NCBI RefSeq assembly: GCF_902652985.1 | Contig: NC_047020.1 | Coordinates: forward strand, 7,254,001-7,318,000 | Direction of reading: 5' to 3' | From: Pecten maximus | Lineage: Eukaryota | Length of the DNA: 64,000 nucleotides | Part shown: positions 51,461-64,000 of the stretch, one piece after another | Layout of the letters: each line of letters begins with the position of its first letter | Position numbering within the stretch: position 1 is the first letter of the stretch | Program-made: the position numbers and the translations under genes | Notes under the pieces: model-generated | Database searches by the model: none | What the model saw: only the letters and a program-made list of their open reading frames with translations | Told to the model about the DNA's origin: nothing

Positions 51461-51930
51461 GTACACTGACACACTTAAAACTATTTTTTCAGGTATCTAT
51501 ACATGATGTGTATTGGCAGATAATCAAAAGCCTCAGTAGATATGTTCACAACATCGGTGTTTAACTATATAATAGTTTCTACATAATTTTCTTGTTTTAT
51601 TTCAAATTCCTTTCAATTAGCAGTAAAAGTTAATTATACATGTATTATAACAAAAACATTTTAATGGAAATTTTGTTTAAACAGGTTGACTAAAGAACGA
51701 TAGAAGCACATGGTGCCTGTATGTAATAGGCTGTTCTCTAGTTTTATTGTATACTGTGGACAGGGGTACATATATACACCTATAATTACAAACAGCATGC
51801 TTCTCACTTAACAATTAATGTTTTCTACTGCAAGAATCCATTAGGGTGCATTCTGCACACAAGTTACATATGAACTGTCGAAACAGATTACTGTAAATAT
51901 TCGCATATAGTGCACACAGAAAGGATGAAC

Positions 51931-51977
51931 GGGGAGGGAAGGAGGGAGGGAGGGGAGGGAAGGAGGGAGGGAGGGGA
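51931..51977 (+). repeat. GGGA-rich purine tract with G-quadruplex potential
   Basis: ggggagggaaggagggagggaggggagggaaggagggagggagggg. Confidence 0.7.
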
Positions 51978-54900
51978 AAAGAGAGCAGGGAAACAAGTTC
52001 CAGGTCCCTGTAAATCCCTTGAAACACATCAACTCCTTGAGCCCAGACATACACAATATGTCAGCGTGGGTATCACAACTATAACTATTTATACAGGCCT
52101 GCTGATGGAACACAAGTGGTTCTGCCCCCCAAACTACACTTGTTCTGGTGTAGTAGCCTTCCAATATTCATTAGCTGGCATTGATTAGAGAGCCGGCATG
52201 CATTATAATATGGCCAGAACTTGTACGGTTATGACGTTTATGATCTGTTTTATATCAATGCACTAGATCTACTGATCAAACAGCCAGGGAGTCTAGGAAA
52301 CCACCAATTACATGTGTCATTGGCATCTAAAACATCCCATATCTTACAGGAGCTTTTTAATCCATTTAACCTTTAACCTTTCTTTTTTGATTTTTTGGAA
52401 GGGATGTTTGTTTAAGGTTTTATTCTCAACTCAAGGTACATTCTGATATAAAACATATCTAAACCACAGTTAACTCTATTGATTTCCTTTACTATATTTC
52501 AATATTACTTATGTAGTAAATGTGTCTATTTTTTACCATTGACAAGTGTTTCCACGTTTCAAATGTCTGGTTCATATCCAACTGGCCAATAAATCTCTCA
52601 CTGTATAAACCAATGTTGACTACTTCACATATAAACAAAATTAAAATCCCTCTGGAAATCAAGTAAACATTTTTCCCCTGTATAGACTTTCTCCTATAAA
52701 CAAAGCAAGCTGGTGAGACTGACAGCAAAGGCCATCTAAGGTCACAGTGACCTATATAATTAGTCATACAAATGATGTCTCTACAACTGCACAGTGACCT
52801 AATTAACACCTACCGGTATTTAATAGTTATGTTTTAATTCAGAAAACATTTTAAGATATCATATTTTGTATACATGTATAACTCTAAAGTTATATATAGA
52901 TATATAGTCACCACTGATGAAATACCAAAACAGTCTTGTAGTTCCATCATCCTACCACTAACATAATGCCATTATCACTGGTAAGTTTAAGGTTTCACAA
53001 TAAATGCAGAACTGTTTTGTAAAGATTGAGATCCATAATCTCATTAGTAAATAGCATGTACCCTAACATTTCCAGGAACATAATTTAATGACTTTTCACT
53101 GAAAATACTCCGTTTATAAAATTGAAATGAGTTCTGACATTTACATGCCGAAGACATAAAATGTAACTTTCATTTCATCTCTTCAAAGCATGAATATCAA
53201 ATTTTGGTTCATTAATTCTGTCTCGTGAATTTACTTTTAGTCTTATTGATCAATTTCAATTACAAACAACAATAACAACCCTCACAAAAATAAAACAAGC
53301 AAATTTTTTTTTTTTATTTTATAATCAAACAACCCACCGATTGATTTATATTCTGCCTTCCGAAATATTTTCACCTAATAAATTAAATAGGTCAGACTTT
53401 AAACCTCTACAGGCAAGTAATTAAATTTCTATCTGAAATTTCTATCATTTAATAAAATGAAATCGTGAACACAAAAAGAACCAGAAACTATTTGCGATAA
53501 TCTTACTGCCATAAGACAGGTCTGTACTAATGAGCTGTGTGTATTAAAACTGGACCATGTGACAGTGATCCGATCTAGTCTGGCCATTAAAATCATATTA
53601 TGGTGTCAGTATGGTATGGTGAAGAATTACCCCAGAAAGACAGAACCCACAAAAAAAAAAACCACAAAAATACTGATGGCTATCTTTAGATTCCTAAAGG
53701 AACTGGGTGATGGGCCTTTTTTATAAGTATCTTAAATCAACTCTCTATTTGGTGTAATGTCACCAACCCAAAATAATTGGAATTTTCAATTAAAATGTTG
53801 TTCCTATTAGCTTATCTGAAATGCTGATATTATCTATAACCACGAGAGGAGTTTACTAATTAAACAATCTACATATCTCTACACCTTGGGCAACTATCGA
53901 CACCTTATAACACGTTACAACCTTCAGTCAAAACATACACCTAACTTTTCAATTTCCATGTTGTGAATTTCATTAATGTTTATCTGATAGGTAAGAATAG
54001 CCAGCAGCTCACAAACACCTTGGTACCTGTTGGATAGATCTGGTAGATAACAGTTAAACCTACTACCAGACTTGTGTAGAGTATGGGGCATCGTGAGGTA
54101 ATCGTAATTGGTATGGGCTAAAATACACTGATAATGCTCCAACACAGATATAATCCACACATAACGTTCTAGAGCCAACGGCATTTTGGAAAAAAAATGA
54201 GATAGTTTGTGGAAAAATATACACAAAACATGTAATTTTAAGTGTGTGGGCCATAGAGAATTGATTACTAACAGGGTTATCTGATAGTCCACATTCTTTG
54301 CCTATAGCTCTGAATTCTGACAACTGTGTTATATACATTTTTATTTTCCTGGACAGGTTAGGCCGCATGTACATAGCTAGTTTATAACTGATAACATTGT
54401 CGTCTTTATTGAAGCCTGTACAAATATAGACATGATAGACATACAATACACCAAGTACAGCCCTTGATAAATCTTACAAACAGCTTCGAGGAAGACCAAA
54501 AGGAAACAAATGTTTGTAATTCCTTTAAATTCTATTCAGCATTATACTGTACTTTTACCTCAAACCCTGACAATTTATACATGACAAGTTCTCTATACGT
54601 AAACTGACCCACCTTCTAAAACCTAGACAGGATATATGTGTAGTTCATTATCAAGCTGTAGTTATTTTAAGCAGTGTACAAATACATTATGTAAGGTCAA
54701 GACTGCAATGATATTCATGAAGGTTACCAAGTATTATGACATTTATGAAGGTCAAAGTTGTCATATGCATCTAGTTTAAGGTTGACAGAGGTCAAAGTTG
54801 CTTCAGGTCAAGGCAATCACCATGGAGATACATAATGCCAAATTTCTGTAGTTACAGAATGTATTGCTCATTCATTTTTGCAAATGATTTTCAAAGAATA

Positions 54901-55048
54901 GATCGTTAAAATTATATTCTTACATTTCAATATATATCTATATTTTTACTGAACAGAAAATAATTCTGTTCAGATTTTTAAAATTGATTAGAAGACACCC
55001 CTCAATATCCTGGACATGTTTAATACACAAGTAACTTTATAAACTTAC

Positions 55049-55955
55049 CGTAGTCTTTTCCGCGCACAACAAGTTGATATGACATGACAGTCTCCCGGTC
55101 GAGTAATTTGTTACAAGTTATCTCCCCTGTACTTTCGTTGATATGAAATATTTGTTCGTCATTCCCACCCAAAAAGGAATAAGATACTTTGTTGTACGGA
55201 GCCGAATCATCATCCTTCGCTGAAACAATGATGACACGTACAGGTGGCATGGCATTCTCCAACACTATAGGTTTGTATGGGGAATTTACGAACACTGGGG
55301 CATTATCATTGATATCCGTAACGGTGATTCTCACAAAAGCCTGGGCAGACCTTGTATCAGAGCTGCTATCTTCTGCCTGAATTGTGATGTTGTAAGAAGT
55401 TCTCCGTTCAAAATCTAGATTTTTCTTCACACGGAGAACTCCAGTGCTCTGGTCTACACTGAAATCAGAGTTATCTTTTCCTGCTATTATAAAGTAGCGT
55501 ACCAGGCCATTTGTGCCTGCATCTTCATCCTGTGCATGAACAGTGAGGATGGTTGAACCAACAGTTACATTTTCCTGTACTGTGGCTGTATATTCCGTCT
55601 GACTGAACACCGGACTGTTATCATTGACATCCTCAAGATGGATGGTCAAAGTCTGGTCTGTAGACCTCTGAGGAATTCCATTGTCAGTTGCCTTGACATT
55701 CATAGTGTACTGAGGTACAGTCTCCCTGTCAAGAGCTTGTGTGACCCGGAGTTTACCACGAATGTTTTCGATGGTGAAGGGTAGATTTGTACTGGTCGTG
55801 CTGTAGTAAACTAATCCATTGCCACCTTCATCCTGGTCTTCTGCTGTCACCATGGCAACTACCTCTCCGACCTGGGCATTTTCCTTGATCCAAATCTCGG
55901 AGGGCGACACAAACTTTGGATAGCTGTCATTGACATCTTCCACAATCACGGTAAT
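55049..55955 (-). CDS. FAT4: FAT4 exon (cadherin repeats)
   Basis: LDRE, LDFE and DxNDN motifs, phase 0-1. Joins 44743 across a 10.3-kb intron (GKDY|DHPGP). Confidence 0.92.
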
Positions 55956-56225
55956 CTGATGGGAAATTAAAGTGTGTTGTTATTTCACATCTGTTAAAAA
56001 TGTCGATTAAATTATCTATCCAGTCGTTACTGCCCATGATATATATCTGAATGTCCAATTTGGATATCTTTTAGAGAAAATACCACAAACCATTAAGCTT
56101 CTTCTCATAATAGTAAAATACTGGAAACACTCATTTTGCTTATAAGAATTTTTACAAAAATATCTATTATTATAGCATCACATATGTGCTTCATTATAAC
56201 AACTTTTCCAGGTCATTATCATTAC

Positions 56226-56417
56226 CTTAGTTGTGGCAGTGTTTCTGATACCGTGCGGGAACTGCCTGGTCTGTCGCGGTTACCTCCAAACTGTACAGCG
56301 CCACCTGTTCACGGTCAAGGAATCGGACTGTCCTCACCTCACCAGTGACCACATTGATAGAGAACTGGTCATATGGATCTCCTCCGACGATGTGATATCT
56401 CACCTCCCCATTCACGT
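56226..56417 (-). CDS. FAT4: FAT4 exon (cadherin repeat), containing a +1 frameshift as assembled; gene continues right of the window
   Basis: DVNGEVRYHI...FLDREQ...ATDQAVP. 192 nt where the flanking phases require 191. Confidence 0.82.
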
Positions 56418-57198
56418 CTGTAACATAGGTTTGTTAACACTGATTAGGTAAAAAATATAACAATTAGCAATTAAGAATGCATGTTGATGCAAAAAGATCA
56501 TGTATATTGAAATGAAATGTAACAATCAAATAAAATTCTGTCACCTTTACTTATCTAGTGATATGTTCTGGATTTGTAAAAACAACAGTAAATTAGAACA
56601 ACAGGCAGGTGTTAACGATGTTACAGGTGTGTTATCACATGTAGATACATTATTATGATATTTCTCCATCAAATGATGTAGGGTAGGAAACAGCTTGTAT
56701 ACACATAACTATCAGGAGAAATCATGTGTAAAACCTGGGATTGAGGTGACACAAAGCTAGAGCCTGAATATTAGATTCCACGGTAAAGATATAGAAATTA
56801 AAAAAAAAAGACAAGAACTTTAGATACAAAATGTGTTCAGGGCATAAAAGGCTGAACTTGGATGTAAATGTGGGATGTTTGGATGAGGGAGAAAAGAGGC
56901 TGAAACATGACCAGTTCAGTTGAGGAGGTGAAATTAATGCTGGAGTAAAGCATCAGAAACATCATGTCGGTCCTAATTAAGTAGTCAATGTTTGGACTGC
57001 TTCAGGAATGTGACTGGTGTTTACTTAGGCCTGATATGTTTCTACTTCAAGGTGATCGACTCTTCATCAACAATCCCCAGCAACTGTAAACAAATGGCCA
57101 CCCTTCTAACAAGTATCTCCTCCAACACTGTACGAGCCACCAGTATCTCCTCCAACACTGTACGAGCCACTGTGTACAGACTGATGTCTTGTTGCCAA

Positions 57199-58513
57199 TG
57201 CCACTGTGTATGTATGGCCACCCTTGTTGCCTTAGTGCCACTGTGTATGTATGGCCACCCTTGTTACCTTAGTGCCACTGTGTATAGATGGCCACCCTTG
57301 TTACCTTAGTGCCACTGTGTATATATGGCCACCCTTGTTACCTTAATGCCACTGTGTATAGATGGCCACCCTTGTTACCTTAGTGCTACTGTGTATAGAT
57401 GGCCACCCTTATTACCTAAGTGCCACTGTGTATAGATGGCCACCCTTGTTACCTAAGTGCCACTGTGTATAGATGGCCATCCTTGTTGCCTTAGTGCCAC
57501 TGTGTATAGATGGCCACCCTTGTTACCTTAGTGCTACTGTGTATAGATGGCCACCCTTATTACCTAAGTGCCACTGTGTATAGATGGCCACCCTTGTTAC
57601 CTAAGTGCCACTGTGTATAGATGGCCACCCTTGTTGCCTTAGTGCCACTGTGTATAGATGGCCATCCTTGTTGCCTTAGTGCCACTGTGTATAGATGGCC
57701 ACCCTTGTTACCTTAGTGCCACTGTGTATAGATGACCATACTTGTTAACTTAGTGCCACTGTGTATAGATGTCCACCCTTGTTAACTTAGTGCCACTGTG
57801 TATAGATGGCCACCCTTGTTACCTTAGTGCCACTGTGTATAGATGGCCACCCTTGTTACCCTTTGTCACTGTATATAGATGGCCACCCTTGTTACCCTTT
57901 GTCATTGTTTATGGATAGCCACCCTTGTTACCTTAGTGCCACTGTGTATAGATGGCCACCGTTGTTACCTTTTGTCATTGTTTATGGATAGCCACCCTTG
58001 TTACCTTAGTGCCACTGTGTATAGATGGCCACCCTTGTTACCTTAGTGCCACTGTGTATAGATGGCCATCCTTGTTGCCTTAGTGCCACTGTGTATAGAT
58101 GACCATCCTTGTTGCCTTAGTGCCACTGTGTATAGATGGCCACCCTTGTTAACTTAGTGCCATTGTGTATAGATGACCATACTTGTTAACTTAGTGCCAC
58201 TGTGTATAGATGGCCACCCTTGTTAACTTAGTGCCACTGTGTATAGATGGCCACCCTTGTTACCTTAGTGCCACTGTGTATAGATGGCCATCCTTGTTAA
58301 CTTAGTGCCACTGTGTATAGATGGCCACCCTTGTTAACTTAGTGCCACTGTGTATAGATGGCCACCCTTGCTACCTTAGTGCCACTGTGTATAGATGGCC
58401 ACCCGTTGTTACCCTTTGTCACTGTTTAGGGATAGCCACCCGTTGTTACCCTTTGTCACTGTTTAGGGTAGCCACCGTTGTTACCCTTTGTCACTGTTTA
58501 TGGATAGCCACCC
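57199..58513. repeat. 37-bp satellite, ~35 copies
   Basis: Unit GCCACTGTGTATAGATGGCCACCCTTGTTACCTTAGT. Confidence 0.95.
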
Positions 58514-61500
58514 TACTACAGGTATCCACACCAACAACACCAGATGTTTGTAGTGTGGATACTATTAAACAATCAACACAGAATCTCTATCCTACAGCCA
58601 CCACATATGGCGTCCTAGTGAATGGGACAATGTCAGCATTGTCAGCTTACACCTCAGGTAAACACTGTTACCATCAACTGGTTAAATGGTACAAGATGAT
58701 AAACAGCTTAACAGGTATTGAATTCTGCATGGTGTGTGACAGTACTTATGTTTGTCAGCTTAAAATATCACATGCCCAGTATCTTAAAATCACTGGCTAA
58801 ATGGATGTGTGATCCTTATATTTTTCTATTCTCCTCCCCATCTAAAATCTTCAGTTCCAGCACTGTAAATTTCTATATGAGTCTCTATATCTTTCTCTCA
58901 CACCTTACAAAAGTCCTATATGTTTTGTCAAGCTGACTAATCTTTTAGTACTGACAATGGAGTAGGTGGAGACTGTCCATCTGGACCAGGTATGTATAGG
59001 CCAGCCCCCACACAAATCAGTCCCACCAATCGATACCTGGGTCCTACTGAAGGGTGAACTGGTACACACCGAAAATCAATATCCAGTCAGATTCATGTTT
59101 ATTCTTTATTTATCATATCAAATAAAGTTTTCTTTTACACTGCAATAATCAGAGAGCAATATTGACATTCATCACACACAGCCTGAAAATGTATTCTGAT
59201 GATTTTAAATTAAATTCAGTTGTGTTCATTTAAGTTTTCCAGACAATTCTAAGTATTTTCATTATTACTACCAAATTAAAATCAACTGTCTGATACAAGT
59301 CTGAGGTTGGACCTTCCTGCCTTCTCCTCCCTACAAGTCTGAGATTGAACCTTCCATGTATTGTTGTGGATTAGTCTACTCCTGAGATTTGTCCCTGAAA
59401 CTCTGCACAATACTATCAACTCCCAGCCTCCCATCGTGCTGCTGAAGCTATTACTTTATAATAAATGTTAAATCTACAATTCTGTGGTGGGTAGAACTAC
59501 TTTTGAACAACTTGTCCAAGGACATAATTATAGTAACAACTAACTGGTGTAAAAAAGGCCAATTTTACCAAATTATTCCCAAATAATCTCAAGATTAAAT
59601 GTGTAAGAAATAAGAACATGAATAAGCATGTGTCAAATATTAATTTTTCTCCTGAAGAGGCCTATCAAGAAAACATACATATTAATCGTACAACAGAACT
59701 TTTGTAACCAGGGCAACTGTTAATAGCAGACTGTTAAACTACAGGATGAGAACTTGATATCCCACAATCCATCCCATCCATAGCATTCACAGTAATCACC
59801 CCAGGAAACCCGACATACATTAACAAACTTTTTAAAACTTTTATCAAATTGAAATAAATGTTTTTTTCTCTCAAATTATTGATAAGGTTTGTGTGTAATT
59901 CTCCACTTGAAGATAATGACTGTCAAAATTGGCAAAGGTTTAGATGGCGAGAAGCTGATAGCAAGTGCGGTTTTGAAGGTCTAATACGTTTTTATTGCTG
60001 AAGGTTTACTGTTGATTAAATGATGTGTAATAGTGTTAACTTGGGCTCACATCACAATCTTTACCACTTATTATCTTACCTCGGAGGTATCAGAGGTACA
60101 CTCAAGTTTGTGTAGGAATTCAAAAACATCAACTCTAACAAAGACAGACTTTTTCCTTCAATTCTTCTTAATTTGGACTTTGGCTAAAAGACAAATACCA
60201 TAAATTCTGGGGGAAGGAATTAATTTTTCAGTAAAGAAATAACTTTATTCAAGTAATTTTCTTTAGAATTTTAAGGTTGAAGATGTATTATAGTGTATAT
60301 ACATTGTTCAGTGAGATTGTTTGATGATAACAGGTTCCTTACACCAGCTTTCACTCTACACTACCACTAAACAATGAACTGCCAGGCACAATGAAACTGA
60401 GGCTGTAACCTCCAACCCAAATCTACTTTTTATGTCTTTACAATAGGGTGGGGTCATAAGGTCAAACTTTCATGTTGCTCCACATAAATAGTATAGATTG
60501 TAGATCCTGTGTACTGGCAGCTCTTTGTGTTTGATGAAAAATGAGAAAAGTCCACAAAGCCCATAGACTCCAATTGCATAAATATGTCATCAAAGTAAAA
60601 GAGAATTTTATTTTTGGTACTTTGTTAATATTTTTTTCTTTGAAACCTTGAAGGACAGTAACTCATATCTGTAATTCTAAACGATACAAGACATTTCTCT
60701 TGTTTTGTTAAATTTTACCTTCATACAGAAATAATGTAATGAGATTCTCTGGGTCATGAGCTAGAATCACAGCAGATCAACATTTTGTATTTAAACAACT
60801 CCTGGTAGTAGAAATATGTCAACAGTTAGTCTGTACCCATTTCCTAAAATTACAGATTTACATACCAACAACTGATGTCTGAATGTCTGAATATATCTAC
60901 CCCTAGATAAACATTGACTTAAATGGTGACCTGATCGAGCTAGCTTCCGTCCCTTACAGTGTTGTCACTATCTCCTATACCATCCCTCCCTGACACAGCA
61001 GTGTACAGTTGCACACATTACATTGAGATGTGATCAGAGTAATTAATCAGCTACGGCCGTGATTCAGGTGTGGAGAATGTATTTACCTTACAGGTAAATC
61101 TGTGTCACCTACCCAGGTACATACTCTATTGATCGATTGCCAGGTGTAGGATCTAATGAAATGTATTTTCTATTGATATATTTCTAATACAGAAACATTT
61201 TTATCAATTTAATATTCATGTCGCTGCCACAGAATATTTTTTTCAATCTTTGGTAACAAGATCCTGTGTAGACTACTACCCAGGAGGTAATGAAAACTGA
61301 TCAGAAAATTTACTTTGTAAATTGGAAGTAAAATACCGGCAATTGCTGGCCAGTAATGAGCGTAATCACCCTAAAAAAAAAGGTTGTTTTTTTTCTGTCA
61401 CTTCTGGTAAAGTTTTTTTAGTAGTCCAATTTGGAGTGAATGCCACAGAGACAATAATGTGAGAGAAATGCAGAATTCTCACTTTGTAGGAACGATCCCT

Positions 61501-63488
61501 ACAACAATGAGGTACTCCATTAGATAGGGTAAACCTCATTAAAATAGATCCCACACTATCCATCAGAAGAGCTGGCCAATCTTACACTAGTAATACAGAT
61601 GTACTACCCTGGACAGGGAGCTTTTTCCCATCACGTTCACAGCTATGCCAATCTAGTCGCCCACAAATCAATCGTCTTGGTCATTGCTTTCTGTTTGTAT
61701 TATCACATACAGATAAGGGTGCCTAGCAAGGGCCCTAATTTTACAGCCAGATCGGCAGGATCGGCTCATCACCACCCTCTAATATCACATAGTGGACTAA
61801 TAACCATGATAACACAAACAATGAACTCACTCACCCCCAAAATTCAATTTCCCCAATCAGACCCAATGCTCATCAGGACTGGGCAAGATTTGCAAGTTGG
61901 ATTAAGCCAATAGACACAGGGATGTTCACTTAATGAATGAAGTTTCCTCCAAATTGAACTAAATGACTGTAATGGCCGGCCTGAGATGGTCTATTATAAA
62001 TACATTTGGAGTCTGATTGATTTTTCCCTCAATTTCCTGGCTGAGTTGGCCCTGACAGATACAACGGTCTGTCTTCCGGTGCATCTGCTGAGAAAGTCGT
62101 AGGATAGACAGATGTGGCCATGGTAGGGTGACAGGGTGACGGGAGGGTCAAACTATATGTATCACTCACGTAACCTCTCGCTATATTAACACAAATTAGA
62201 CCTCTAAAGATCAACGATTGATGGTCAGTATTTTAAAACTGTCTATAGAATTTCTGTAGTCTGCTATTAGCAGTAATATATTGAGTTGTAATGGACCGAG
62301 TAGAGACAAGTGGGATTTTTATAGGCTTTGTTTGGTCCTCAGCTATCCCATTAGTTATCACTCCTAAAACACAATGACGCTCACAGTTTTAATTGAAATG
62401 AAACGTTCACAGCTCTATGGTTTAAATCTAATTTCTGCCATATTGGGCTGTCAGGAATTTAAATCTTTTGGTCAATGTTCGAAGTCTGCTACTTGACAAT
62501 TTATAAAAAAAAAGTCTCCCCATATCTTTATGTTTTCTTCTGCTGTTGGTTGTGTGGCCATTAGATTCTATACTAACAGTCAACCTCCAGATCAACATCA
62601 GGATGTAAGTCAAAGTAAAGCTGTAACATCACCATATGTATTTCATCATTGTGCTCCTTACTGTAATTATCACTGTCTAACCTTATTAAGACAGCTGTCA
62701 AAACAGTTTTTAAACATCCACAACATCCTTGGGAACACTACTTTTATTCAAAAGGTTTGCCAGTAAAATCTACAAGTTATTAGCCACACAATGTTTATTC
62801 AATCTCTCTGCCAGTTAAAGCTTCAAGAAGTTTTCCAAAAATGAAGATATTTTGCGAAACCTGAGAAAGTTTTGTATCTTTGCAGCATGTTTTCATAAGG
62901 CAGATTTCCCAGTACATACTACAAACTGTGTTTTGTTATGTCATCATGCCTGACGATGCTGGGGACAGATGGTGGTTACGTTCTCTACATACACTGCAGT
63001 TTGAGGAACTAATTGAGATATCCCACACGAAGGACTCTGTTGTAGCACTTACCACTCATACAGAAATTGGGTAGAAAATGATCAAACCATTTGGCTGCCT
63101 ACAATATCAGTATTAACACGATACATATGGAGCCAAAACCAACAAAACCAAACAAGTCACCAAACAGTACCTCTTAAGACCTCGGTTCTCACAAATATCT
63201 ACAATGTGGAAACATACAAGTGTGAACAACTCTGAGGTGCAGGTAATACTCTGAACACAAAGCTTACTCCACAATCAACAGTAGTCTGTGATTTCCTCAA
63301 TAAATTTTGAAGACTGTTGTATAGGTCAGAACTACGAGAGTTCAACTCGGGTTACAGTTAAATGATCCTAGTTTTCAATCAAGTAAGTGTAACATGTCAT
63401 TTACCTTTTCAACAACTTGTAAGTACATCAGGCCTTTGTAGTGTTTTGTGTGATCCACGAGTTCCTTCATAGCCTCAACTTCACAAAA

Positions 63489-63938
63489 TGATGCCACAAC
63501 CAAATAAATTGCGTTAACCAACTGATGCCACAACCAACTATATTGTGTAAACCAACTGATGCCACAACCAACTATATTGTGTAAACCAACTGATGCCACA
63601 ACCAAAGAAATTTTGTTAACCAACTGATGCCACAACCAACTATATTGTCTTAACCAACTGATGCCACAACCAACTATATTGTGTAAACCAACTGATACCA
63701 CAACCAACTATATTGTCTTAACCAACTGATGCCACAACCAACTATATTGTGTAAACCAACTGATGCCACAACCAACTATATTGTCTTAACCAACTGATGC
63801 CACAACCAACTATATTGTGTAAACCAACTGATGCCACAACCAACTATATTGTCTTAACCAACTGATGCCACAACCAACTATATTGTCTTAACCAACTGAT
63901 GCCACAACCAACTATATTGTCTTAACCAACTGATGCCA
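63489..63938. repeat. 34-bp tandem repeat (~13 copies) with partly alternating variants
   Basis: Unit aaccaactgatgccacaaccaactatattgt(gta/ctt). Confidence 0.93.
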
Positions 63939-64000
63939 GAAACATAGAAAAGGACCAACTTCACCTAGGCCATAATTTCAGAAACAAAGAATGACTTTAG

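Noticed and set aside
56418-64000. Further FAT4 exons or another gene
   Set aside because: No cadherin motifs or credible ORFs were found, so it was treated as a large intron.

Overview
AT-rich animal genomic DNA; the gene set and repeat style suggest a bivalve mollusc (inference). Three host genes: (1) the first coding exon of TMEM184C (- strand); (2) a complete spartin/SPG20 gene (+ strand, divergent from TMEM184C; 6 coding exons, 588 aa); (3) the last 14 exons of a Fat/FAT4 protocadherin (- strand, convergent with spartin), containing two apparent 1-bp frameshifts. The divergent promoter contains a 1.87-kb foldback element with ~525-bp TIRs and a 9-bp TSD. Its loop holds a fully paired HDV-like self-cleaving ribozyme fold (2850-2921), which is the top finding. 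Spartin intron 1 contains a 5.2-kb element with perfect 50-bp TIRs and arrays of a CACTTAAGTG palindrome. It carries a decayed SGNH/GDSL hydrolase gene, itself interrupted by a 5'-truncated CR1/L2-type LINE with a 9-bp TSD. The window also has a TA-flanked MITE, a tRNA-derived SINE-like element and more than a dozen tandem arrays, several of which copy the neighbouring splice junction. All calls were made by eye without database searches.
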